NCBI GenBank assembly: GCA_050273025.1
Contig: CP158635.1
Coordinates: forward strand, 2,294,001 to 2,358,000
Origin: Cenococcum geophilum
Lineage: Eukaryota
Direction of reading: 5' to 3'
DNA: 64,000 bases
Positions 22,646 through 34,699 of the stretch are shown here, piece after piece; positions within the stretch are counted from its first letter, which is position 1, and every line of letters begins with the position of its first letter. Position numbers and translations under genes: made by a program. The notes under the pieces are model-generated. The model searched no databases, had not been told where the DNA came from, and saw only the letters and a list, made by a program, of their open reading frames with translations.

Positions 22646-24849
22646 GGGGCGAATCTAGTAGTAAAACTCTGCTTATCTGTAAGACTTTAGCGCTAATATA
22701 ATGGTATAAATAACGGGTAATGCTTAGATAAACTTTTTTAGTAAGTAATACTAACAAATAAGGTTTAGGGCATTACTATATATAAACTTTAGTACATTTC
22801 TATATAATATCAAAAGCTTTAATATTTTTTAATTAACTTAATTTAATTAGGACCTCTAGATTGAATGCGTTACCAAGGCCGCGAGCTCTTAGTTGATTAA
22901 ATTAATTGAGTCTTAGCATTCAATTCAATTTAATATTAAAGCCTCGTTAAATGATTTGCAAGCCTGTATGGAAATGCTTACTATTTCTAATTTTATAGCA
23001 AATTACGCCACAATTAAAAAGCCCTAATATATTATACGATACTAAATCAATCCTTGCCCTTTTGTAAAGCCGAAACTACTATATAAAATATTATATAAGA
23101 TCTTTTTTCTAGTGTTAAGCCGTTAGTTTATAAGGCCTCTAGCGTATATAGAGTACCTAGATCTACTATTAGATATCGTTTTACTAGCCGTTTTATATAA
23201 CACAAAGCTTACCTAGGTTTATTATATCCTTTATAAAAATAGTAAATTATTAAATAGCCCTACGAATATTAATCCTAGGGCCTTCCGTTAAGGGCTTATA
23301 TACTTTTAAAAATGGCTTATTCCCTTTTAAGCGAAGGCTGTATTATAGGCAAGTATTAGGGGTAAAGATTCGTTTAACGCTACGGTTTTAGTACTACTCT
23401 AAGTTATTAGCTTAACTGCTAGAGAGCTTAAAATAGCGATCTAGTAGTTATATATAATTAGTTTAGGTTTTTCCGTACTATATTTAAGCAATATTAAGTT
23501 AAGTATTTAAAATTTATCTATAACTCTAATAAAAAGGGTGTATTACTAAGCCTTATAGCGGTGACCTAAATAATTATATCGGGTAAGATGTGTAGGGAAA
23601 GGTTAAAAAATCGAATAATTATATAGCTTGGTACTTATAAGTTAGTATCTATAATTAAAACAATTTATACTAATAGCTCTCTACCAGCTGCCTTCTTCAT
23701 TTAGAAGCCGTAATACTACTAATAAAGATACTATTAAATTAGTAAGTAAAATAAGAGCCTTCGTGGATATATATATACTACTTTCCCTAGTTGGTAAATA
23801 GATAACTCTTTAAGCCTATATTATATTAAATATTATAATAAATATACGAGATATCTTATAGAAGATTCTAACGGTAAAATATAGCAATACCGCCTACTTT
23901 TAATAGATAATTATTAGAGCTACCTTACTTAGCAATTAGTTGAGTATATGCTCGCGCGTAAGACTATCTTAGTAGTTCTACCACTTTATTTAACTTATAA
24001 GCTTTAACCATTAGATATAGGTTATTTTAGGCCACTTTCTTACTGCTTTAAGAAGTAAGTAGATACCTTCTATTAATGTAGCCACTTAGGCGTTAATAAG
24101 GAATTTTTTTAAAGCTCTACCCAAAGGTGTATATATAGGTATTTATCTCTAATAAGATCTATACCGCTTAGAAAGCTATAAGCCCTCTATTTTATAATTC
24201 TACTACTATTTTAAAGACTTTTACCCGTATAAAGGTAAGCCTAATCCTAATTATACTTACTAGGGTTTAGAACGGCTCTATTTAATATAACGACGTTAAG
24301 CTCTAATAGAGTTATTAGTGTCTTTAAAGTGCGTAAAGTAGTAGGTATATTAATTCCTTAATATCTTGGCTCTTAAAAGGCTCTATTATATATTTAGGTA
24401 TAATATATAGCCTATAAATAAGTAGATTAAAGAGTAGTTAATCTAAAAAGGGACGTCGTAGGAATATAGGAGTCGTCTATACAATTAGTCGGCGCGTAGG
24501 TCTATATCACTACTATAACGTAGTTAAATTAATTCAAGCGATATTAAGATCGAAAGAGTAATATAAAAGCTTTAATTTGGCCTATTTGAAATATATATAA
24601 GCTCGTTATTGATTTTATTAATCCGAGGTACAAGTGGTCTATTACTTTCCTATCCTAATTTTTAAATTTCGCCAAGCCTGTCTTTAATTGGTTTAAAAAC
24701 TTTGCCGGGCTCGCTTTTAATTGGTTTAAAAAATGTAGCACGCGGTAAGTTATGGTAGAATCTACGTAATAAATATTAAAATATTGCGAACGTTAAAATA
24801 TCTCAGTATTCCTTTTTTGTTGACACCTTAATTAACACTACTATATATA

Positions 24850-25412
24850 TTATAAACGTGGTAGAGCCTACTGTAATTAAGTATATTAAGTGCCGTGTTT
24901 ATAAGCCCCGCATTAACTTTATTAATGACGGCCTGTTAAAGAAGCTTTTAAAGCTATACCAGCTATATCAGTCAAAGGCACGTTTTACCTATATATTACT
25001 TTTACTTATACTTACTTTTTTAGAACTCTATATTTATTTTAAAAAAGCGGAAAGCTTTTATAGGGCTAGGTTCTACTACTAAGAATTATTCTACAAGGCG
25101 CTAGCAAACTACTTAACCTAAAAATAACCCCGAGAACGCCTTCCTGCCTTACAGCCAGAATAGCTAAGATACCCCTAAAATAGCTTAACGGTGGAGGATA
25201 ATTAGGGCAATATAACAGGAGCACTATATTTTCATTCGGTAGGGTAAAGCTTACTTACCTACTCCTCTATTATATACTATAGATAAAGCTAAAAGGGGTA
25301 TTTAAGAGAGCCTAAATATATCCTTATTAGGACTAGCTCTAATACCTACTCTAGCGCCAATACCTACGCTAGCGCTAATACCTACTCTAACGCCAATACC
25401 TACTCCAGCGCT
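24850..25412 (+). mobile_element. 5' part of a Helitron RepHel, ending in an 18-bp tandem repeat
   Basis: Cys-rich N-terminal segment; the aatacctactctagcgcc repeat continues after 57166. Assignment rests on joining to the 57165 segment. Confidence 0.6.
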
Positions 25413-25514
25413 CGTCAGGAAAAAATTTACCAGCATTTTCGCAGCATTTAGCGGCATTTAGCGGCCAAATGCGCAATCCGCGCACTGCAACGTATAGCGT
25501 ATAGTATTAACTTA

Positions 25515-25852
25515 GGTGCGGCATACTGCCGCATCTAACAACGCGGTATAGCATACTGCCGCATTTAATAACGCGATGTAGTATACTGCCGCATCTAATA
25601 ATGTAGTGTAGTATACTGTCGTATCTAGTAACGCGGTGTAAGTATACTGCCGTATCTAATAACGTGGTGTAGTATTCTGCCGTATTTAATAACGCGGTAT
25701 AGTATTCTGCCGTATTTAATAACGCAGTATAGCATTTTGCCGTATTTAATAATATAGTGTAGTATATTGCCGTATTTAGTAATATAGTATAAGTATACTA
25801 CCGTATCTAATAACGCGGTGCAGTATACTACTGTATTTAATAATATAGTATA
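25515..25852. repeat. Left subterminal tandem array, 29-30-bp unit, ~11 copies
   Basis: gtatactgccgcatctaataacgcggtgta repeated head to tail. Confidence 0.9.
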
Positions 25853-26239
25853 GCTAATTGCGTATTTATAGCTACTTAGGTAAGTAGTGCCTTTATTTTA
25901 TTAAGCTCTCTCTATACTTAATACGTAATTAATATATAATACCCCCCTTACGCATTTTATATATCTTACTTACTTTAAGTAATAAATAAGCGTTGCTCTT
26001 TCTACGTACTTAATAGTATTTGCTTAGTCTATATAGTTAGTAGTATTTACCTATTCCGCGCAATTAGTATACTTTATTTAGTCTATATAGTTAATACCCT
26101 TTACTTATTTTATATAGTTAGTGTTCTCTACTTATTTTATACGCCTAGTATATATTATATAAAGAATATATTTTAACCTAATAGTACTATAGTATAACCT
26201 TAATACGCCTAATAATGCCCTTTAGTTAACCTACTATTT

Positions 26240-26790
26240 TAAGTTTAATATTTATATAAGTCCCGCCACGATAGTAGTACCGTACTATTAAACCCCTAAT
26301 TATCTTTATTCTTACCGTTATTCTTACTATTATTTTCCCTGTCTATCCCGCTGCCTTCTCTACTTTTATTTTTTTTGTTACTATTATTTTCCCTATTTAT
26401 TCCGCTGCCTTTTTTACTCTTATTTTCTTTATTAGCAAATTTCAGTATTACTAGTCTATCTTTACTCTGTAGGCGGGCCTTTATATCCTTTAATATAGCA
26501 CTATTTATAATATCTATAACCTTAAACTTGCCGGTAAAAGTATACTATAAGATGCGGTAATTAATTCCTATTTCCTATTTATTATTACCTTAAATTTATT
26601 TAAGGCGCGCTTAAATAGCGTTAATATTATAGTTATATAGCATTAAAATTATTTTATTAGTATATTATAAAAAGGAGACCTTATATATAGTTTTAGGGTT
26701 TATTCTTTACAATAAATATACTAGGCTATCGTTGTCCTATTATATTATCTTTATTAGCCCGTATATAATAATTAAAATAGCGCAATATTA
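26240..26790 (-). pseudogene. Small ORF with acidic repetitive C-terminus, unknown function
   Basis: De-RIP reading ...EENESEEGSGMNRENDGDEENESGEGSGIDRENDG... Confidence 0.35.
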
Positions 26791-26899
26791 TAATATAGGA
26801 AATGGCGGTAAAGTGCTATAGTATAGAGCGAGTATCGCGATATAATGTTGCGATGCGATTAATGTAATATTATATATTTATACTTATAGTATACGGTTG

Positions 26900-28530
26900 T
26901 TAAGTAAACCTATTATTATATTTAGGATCTAGTTCCTTTAGATCTTTTATAGTATCTTTAAACGGATTACTAATTATCTACTAAGTTTATAGTATTTTAT
27001 CTCTAGTTATATTCCGTATCTTATTAACTTATTATAGAAGTAGCCTATATAGCCTTTTATTAAGCTTAGGTTAGTAGCTTTTTTTAAATATTCTATAGTT
27101 ACTCCTAACTATCTATAATATACTTTAGTAAGTATAATAAGAGGCTTCCTATAGATTTACCTATAATTATAGCGTTAGCTTTAAACTTATAAATAACTTA
27201 TATTCCGCTTTTATAGTCCTTAAAAGTATATTAAATTACTATATATATAAGCTATATTGTATTAGCTATAATAGGTAAGAAGAGGTTAGTACTATTTTTA
27301 TTAAGGGCGAGTAACCTTAGCCTAGTATTAAAGAACACGCGCTTAATATAACGTGCAATAATTAGTATCCTAAATTTTATCTCTCTATCCTAGCCTTAGT
27401 TAGGTATAGTAAAAGGTAGAGTACTAACTAGGCTACCGAGCGTAAAGCGGTTATCCTTAAGTAGTTCCGCTACTTCTTTTACTACGGCCTTAGTATCTAG
27501 TTTAAGGCAGTTATAGCTCCCGGTAATAGTATTACGTACTATATTTATTATATAATACTAAAATACGCTAAGCTGGTTATATAGCTAGAAAATTAGTTAG
27601 TATAGTGCTATTAAATCTAAGGACCGCGAACCTTGCGTACTGCCAGCCCTAGTAGTATACTTAATACTTTATTTATCGGGTTTTTATAACAGTTTATAAT
27701 AGTAATTACCTCTTTCCATGTCTGCTTTATTAGTGTATTTAGACTACTTATATTTATTTCTAGCTAGGGAAAGAGATAGAGCTCTTTAGGTATAGAGCCT
27801 GTTATTACTTATATAATAAGATATGTCTAAGTAATACTATATATCTTTATATTAACTAGGCTAAGTAGCTGCTTTATACGTTGTCTAAAGTTATCCTATA
27901 GTAGTTATTTATTTAAGTAATATATACGTTTCTTTTAAGTATAGGTTTTAGATGTCTTATAGTTGCTTAGGGTTTATAGGCTTTTATCTAATAAGAATAG
28001 GACTGTCTGTTAGGATAATATTATTAAAATTAATAATAATAGGTTGTACTATGGTATATTAATAATAGCCTTGCCTTTTAATAGAGATAGTTATAGTATA
28101 GAGCCTAATATTATCCCCTTTAAGATCTAGATTATCTTAGGAGCTACTACTTAACTTACGGCGTCTTTATTTACTTTTCTATAGGATAGGTAAAGGATAA
28201 GTATATTAGTTTAGTAGAACTATTTAGCTTTTATATATACCTTACTTTCTTAAAAGATACTAGATGGTCTAGAGTCTTATACCTAATATACTTTAAATAA
28301 CGACCTAGTTAACTTTTATAATATAAATTAGGTATTTCTCGCTAAGTATATAAAAAGGAGTTTTAATAAACTTGTAATAATAAGTTAGGAGGGCGGTTTA
28401 ACTATTTATTAGGCTTTATAACGGGGCGATTAAATTACCTTGCTATAGTATAGGGTTTTACTTTATATAATATTTTTTCTATACTATACAGAAGCCTAGT
28501 TCCTTACAATATTTACCTACTCTTAAGGTA
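26900..28530 (-). pseudogene. Intron-containing gene resembling DUF6532-domain proteins
   Basis: EVAELLKDNRF / F..LII..YI.RVFF..R...LF.P....IA pattern; short GT..ctaac..AG introns. Confidence 0.5.
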
Positions 28531-28599
28531 GATAGTATAGTATATAGGATATAAAGGGTAGCTAGCGTGTAAAGGGCAATACGTAGTAGTGTTATGTTT

Positions 28600-31500
28600 T
28601 AGTTTATTATAGTTACAGTAATCTACCCCTTTATTATAATCTGGCGCCGCTAGTTATAACTTACCGCTATTTTAGCTAAGTTATATTTATTTACTACCTA
28701 GTATAAGCCTATTTCCTTATATATGCATTAATCTATACCCTATTTATTTGCTCGGAATCTTTATTATATATAGTATTATATATATTCTAATTACTATAGT
28801 TATTTATAAAAAACAGTCTGTAATATTAATATCTGTTAGTATAAGTAAGATAGGCCTTATAATATAGTTAATATTATATATTTAGAGGGTATCTAGCATA
28901 CGTTTTATCCTACTGTTAAATAGCTTTATACTCTACACTCTAAGCATTTTAGTTCTTATATTAATCTTACTACCGTTATAAATTTAAAGGGTCTCTACTA
29001 ACGCATTAGTATATTTTAGGTATTTACCCTTACTATTTAATTACCTAGTATTTTAGATTATAAGTAGTAGATAAAGCCTCCCTACTTTATTACTATAGAG
29101 GCTGTTATTTACCTACTTATATTCTTGCACTATTATAGCATTATAGTAGGGGGCTTTAGTGTTAGCTTATAATGGGGTATATTAAGTAAACACCTTATTA
29201 AGCTTATTAGTATTAGTAGTATTCTTTCTAAAGCAAATATAGTATATAACGCTGTAATAGATGCTTAAGGGCATCTTTAATACCTAATTATTATCGGCCT
29301 TTAGTTAGTTAATATCCTAGTCTATTTACCGGATTCTATTAATTTACTTACGGCATTCCCTTATAAAGGGGGCTAGTTTAGATATAAGGTCGGTAATTTC
29401 TATTTAGCGCTATACCTCCTTAACCGTACGCTAGATAGATATATTAATTCTCTAGTCTTAAAGTATCTAAGTTATATAGTTATTGAAGTTCTATATATAT
29501 AAGCGATATACGCATATATTAACTATAGGGCCTAGTTATATTATCTATATTACGCTTATTAGGTCTACTATATTAATTATATTAGTTAACGCTTATAGCT
29601 TAAGTTTGTTTTAAAGTATAGTGTTAAGATATATAGTGTTATATTATAGCATCTACTCTTTATAGTTGTTCCGTTTATTAGTCCTATAGTAGAATACCTT
29701 TTATAGCTTATATACTTGCTCTAAATACTCTATATTTATGCCTCCGATTACTTTTAGTTACTAAATACTCTTTAGATAGTAGGTAATAATATATAGCTTA
29801 GGAATATTAAAGTGTAGTAGTCTTACCTTACTTAGTTAAAACGGAAGGAATATATCCTTTATCTTATCTATTCTATAAATAGCTACTACTAGGTATTAGA
29901 TGGTTAATTTATTATATAATATATATTAAGATAGTATAGTAAAGTCTATAAACGCCTAGATAAATAGTATAGCGCCTTTATTCTATTTTAGTAAGGGTGC
30001 TATAGTAGGGACTAATTGTCGTAATAGAGATTTATATATCTTTCCTATTTATTAGCTAATATTTACCTAGCTATCCTATACTATTATATTAGTAAATTAT
30101 TCCACCTATATAAAGCGGGTGGTAATAAGTATATTAATGTTTAATATCTCCTAGCCGTAATTATCTATGCGCGGGATATTAAGGCCCTAATATTTTCTGG
30201 CCTATATTTCGCTTTATATAAGCCCCTTAATTTAGTATATAAAATGTTTACTAGTAAGGCCTTTAAGCACCTAGTATAGAAAATTAGGCGCTATTATCTT
30301 ATAGATATTAAATAGATTATAGCCCTATATAAAGTTGTAGAACGGCTAAATATAATCTAAGTTATCCTTCTTATTAGTATTACAACCTTCCTACTATATT
30401 TGTATTTAGTCTTTTATTAATTAGTATATATAGAACGGCCACGGTCGCTAGATGGCAGTTATTAGATTATACTGTTTATTTATATATATATAATAAGTCG
30501 AATATTTATAGCTACTTTTAATACCTATAAGCGTAATCTATTTTTTATAATTAGCTATAAATACAGCTAGAAGTAGAAAGTAGTATTAATTCTAGCTATC
30601 TATATATAGGAGATATACTCCTTCTTTACTAGCTTTTTTTAATGCTATAGGCATTATTAGTATAACTATACTAGTAGTAGGGTTGTCGCTAAAGTATACG
30701 TTTAAGGATAGCCGTAAGGGTCTTATGTTGCACCACTAGTTATATTATTTAGTTACTAGGTATATAGACTAGGAGGTATATAAGTAATAATAGGGCTAGT
30801 TAATTTACAGATTATTAAACACGCAGTTTAATATTTCTAATTAAAATATAGAGCGGCTATACTTTCTTGCTGCTAGTATATTATATTAGTTAGGTTTTAT
30901 CACTAGCTAATATAATTAGCACTATAGTTGCGCTAAGTAGTAGCTGCTCTTACGTCTCCTACTACTAGTCTACTGTATTAAGCTTATTATATATTCTTGT
31001 TCCTGCTAATAAGTACTACCTTACTAGTAAGAAAGTTATATCTCCTTAGAAAGGGCCGTAACTAATAAAAAAGGACATAATCTTTAGAGCATTTTAGTAA
31101 CGTACTAGTAGCTGCTAGTCCCCTATAGTTATAATTATTTTAATCTACTGCGGTTAATTACTCTTAGATTACATCTATTTTAAAAGTAGTTTTGCTTTAA
31201 TATTATTAGCACTCTAGTAAGAAAAATAGTTAGTAAATATTTCCTAAAGCCTAATATTATTAAACCACTTATTAATAGCGCGGTTAGTGTAACGGAACCT
31301 TGTAGCAGGAACTACGGTAGGTCCTGTTATTAGGCTAGGTGTGTAGAAAATGCAAGTACAAAAGTCAACAACGTAATAACAACTGGTGGAGTGGTTGCCC
31401 AATAGATTAACTCTAATTGTATTCTAAGAATCACTATAAGGAAGGAACTATCTAGGTAGGAACTAAGGGTCCTTAAATACACAACCGTACTCCTATGAAA

Positions 31501-32450
31501 TCCTTCTTGTACGTGATGTACGTCTTATATATAAGGTACGTGAGTTCCTCTCGTTCCTCTCGTTTAATACATAGCACATCATGTAACCTCGGTTACCATT
31601 CCTCGTCATATAGTTCTACCGGCTCCATCCTGGACCGTGCCTGAATTAACCAACTAGCTTCTTCCGTCTCTTCTCTAAGCAGTTATAACATCGTACTTAA
31701 AGCGTCCGTAACAGTTAGAAGTCCTATAGCTTACCTATTATAAGACCTGTATTTATTCTGCCTTACTACTAAATAGATAAAATAGGGGAGGTATCTTATC
31801 TAGTATATTGCTAGTACGCTTAATACGCAGTATAATGTTATATACTACTGTAGTATTATTTATAGTTTACGGATTTCCTTAGTTCTATCTTAGAGGCTTT
31901 CCTATAGCGCGGCTAGTGGCCTTTTTAAATATTTTAGTCTAAAAGACGTCTATAGATATTCTAGTTAAAGTTTACTAATTAGTCTTAATTACTACTAGGT
32001 TATATACCTATTAAATATTACGGAATTATTGTTATAGTACATATCCGCAGCCCTATTATTTAGCTTATTAATAATATTATCGCCTAGAGCTTATATAGGT
32101 GGCCACTTATTACCTTACTCCAATTCGGCCTTATAATTAGTTATATAATGCCCTTCTAAGGTTTAATAGTATAATAGTGCATTATCGTCTATATATTATA
32201 TAAGTGGCTACTTATTATATTGCTTTAGCTTAGCCCTATAATAGGCTATTTAATACTCTATGCTTTAATAGCGTAAGGGTATATTATTATTTATCTCTTT
32301 AATATTAACGCCCTTATATCTACCCTTCTTCTATTTCTATTATCTTAGATAATATTATTTATAACGGGTTAAACCGCCTATGCTTTTTACTTTAGTCCTA
32401 TACTTTCTATATTACCGCTAGATAGAGCTTATTTATAAATTACTATATTA
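28600..32450 (-). pseudogene. Plavaka-type transposase, split by a solo LTR
   Basis: N-terminal C..C...GGLTRH; ELNT.DWWWETQEQL..AT.VPI.LASDKTQL (~30890-30990); WPLY.SIGNI; APDFLHQVLKG..KH (~30255-30295); HFNIPKLH...HY..SI (~29790); TE..E..H..K..Y..TNK. Confidence 0.87.
31288..31713 (-). mobile_element. Solo LTR (426 bp), same family as 8974-9380
   Basis: tgtaacgga...tccgtaaca with 5-bp TSD gttag (31283-31287, 31714-31718). Confidence 0.93.
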
Positions 32451-32509
32451 AGCTGTAATTTGCTATAATTTGGTTAAAAGGGAGCCGAAAATAATATCTA
32501 TATAGAACT

Positions 32510-34100
32510 GTATATTTAAAGTAGTATTTATAACTTATACTATATTATAAGCTAGTTAAAATAGAAGGAGTATAGTAAGAATACGGCGATATTTATAGAC
32601 ACTAACGCGCTAGATAGCGTAACCCGTTATATTTTACGCTAATTTATACTAAATTACGTTACGTTAGGCTAGGAGACTTTACTTATTACTAATATTACGC
32701 CGCCTCTCTGTTATACTAAGTATAGGATTCTAAATACTACTATTCCCTACTTAGGATACTAGACTGTTTTTTTACAATAGGACGCGATATATAATAGCGG
32801 TATGCTATAAATGCGGCGTAGTATAACTCTGCGAGCGCTATAGACCCGTAAAAAGATATATAGCTAATTACTAGCTTAGGTATTACTATAAAGAGATTTA
32901 ATACTATTAAGCGGACTTTTAAGCAGGTTATTATTAAGGATAGTATTTTATATATTTTATTTTGCGGATAACTAAACGATTTACTATACGAGTAGGCGAT
33001 CTAGAAAGTTATTTATTAAGTAGTAAAATATAAGAAGGTATTAGCACTATAGGTATATAAGGCTATATAGAATATACTAGCCCGCGTATAGTTAAATATA
33101 TATAAGAAGATAAAGGTACTAGGGCGGCCTAGTATTAATTATATAGTGGATATAGAAAGAGGGTATACGGCTGCCGTAAACTTATAGAGTTTATTTTAGC
33201 TTAACTATACGTAGAACTGCGGCTATAATCTTAAACAGCTTATTATACTACTTTGTAGGTAGAAACTAGATAGTATAAACTTAGTCCTAGGTATAGACGT
33301 GGCCTTAAGTCTAGTATTACTGTCTAATACGCCTTAAGACCTACGTATAGTCGAATATTAGCTACTAGTTAAGATATTTTTAGAGGCCGGGGTAGATTGT
33401 AATAAGGAGTGAATATAGGCCGCCTATATAGAGATTATGCCTATCCGAAATAATAGGGCCTTAAGGGCTGCTCTATTAAGGGCAGTTTATTATAAGGTAG
33501 GCTAGGTTATATTTACAGCTATCTATAAAGATAGTATATAGGTGTCCGTTATAATTATAATATATTACTAATATTATATAGCCCTATCTTTAGCGTAATA
33601 CGTTTTACTAGGCGGGCTAAAAAGTATTAATTAATTATAGTTAATCTAATCTATATAGAGATAGTAACTTTAGTTAAGTTTGTTTTATAGCAAGACCTCC
33701 TATTATACTAAGAAGCCCTAAGATTATTGCCTATATATATAATCTTAGGTTATCTAAACATAGTATAGCGAATTACCTTTACTATAGGCTCTTCTATTAG
33801 GGGTAACTATATAGACATTATATTTGTCCTGTGTTTTGCTAGCTAGTAGCTAGTATAGTAGGATAGGTATTATTTTAAGGGCCTATTGTATTAGTGACAA
33901 GTTTCTTAAGATATAGTAACGGCGTATTAATACTAGGAATAGTATACCTAATATAAGTAGGAGAGGGCGTTAGGTCACGTTGCCTTAGCGGTAGCTATAG
34001 CGAGAAAAAGATTAAATCCTATTTAAGGTTGTTATAGTTTAGCAAAAATAGAGGCGGCCTATACTATACGGAGAGTAATTAATAATAGTTGCGGTTGTTA
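32510..34100 (+). pseudogene. Unknown ORF with Cys/His cluster near N-terminus
   Basis: C.KCG...LCER(C)....(H)...(H) at ~32800-32880, followed by a frame whose stops look RIP-type. Confidence 0.35.
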
Positions 34101-34699
34101 GCGAGATATCTAGACTATAATCTAACTAGTTAAGTACTTAGGGAATATTTAGTTATAAGTTTAAATTAGAATAAGGGCTTTAGAATAGAGTTAATTTAAA
34201 GCTTTAATTTAATTTTAAGGCGACTGTTTAGTTAAATTCTAGTTTAACTTAACTTTAGCTATAAATTTTTAATGTTCTAAAAAATACGCTAAAAGTTACT
34301 AAAAAGTTGGTAACTTACTATATATAGAATCTAAACTAAGGTCTTAGCGTTAGTTTAAATCTAAAGGCTTTAAATTATATATGTTTATGCAACCTATAGA
34401 GCTATAAACGTATATTAAATTAGAAAGGAACGCGTTCTTTCTACTAGACTTTTAGTTTAAATTTAAAAGTAATAGATTATAACTAAATAACCCCTTAAAA
34501 TCTAGATTATAGATTAGTATTAATTAACTACTAGCCTAAAAGGGATAGAAACTAAAATTACTAGGCTTTATAAATTAGGCTATTTTTACTATAATACGCT
34601 TGTCTATTTTAGAGATTATAATTATTAAGAGTTTATTTTATTTAGCTGTGATATATAATATTATAATATACTATATTTTACCTAGTGCTATAGCAAAAT

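Larger units (their letters stand above)
17604..22966 (-). mobile_element. hAT transposon
   Basis: TIRs caggcttgcaaat / atttgcaagcctg; 8-bp TSD tatagaaa (17596-17603) vs tatggaaa (22967-22974), one RIP-type difference. Confidence 0.92.
17552..24767 (+). mobile_element. Fot1/pogo-type DDE transposon interrupted by a hAT insertion
   Basis: Starts TA|acgtagat, ends atctacgt. Transposase ~23060-24600 with HTH (ASSVY.VPRSTIR.R), IYNS(D)(E)KG, LLLI(D).H.SHL and VLP..STHKLQPLD motifs. TIR match is short. Confidence 0.75.

Noticed and set aside
25515..25852. CRISPR-like array of ~30-bp repeats
   Set aside because: Head-to-tail units without unique spacers, no cas genes, eukaryotic TE context.
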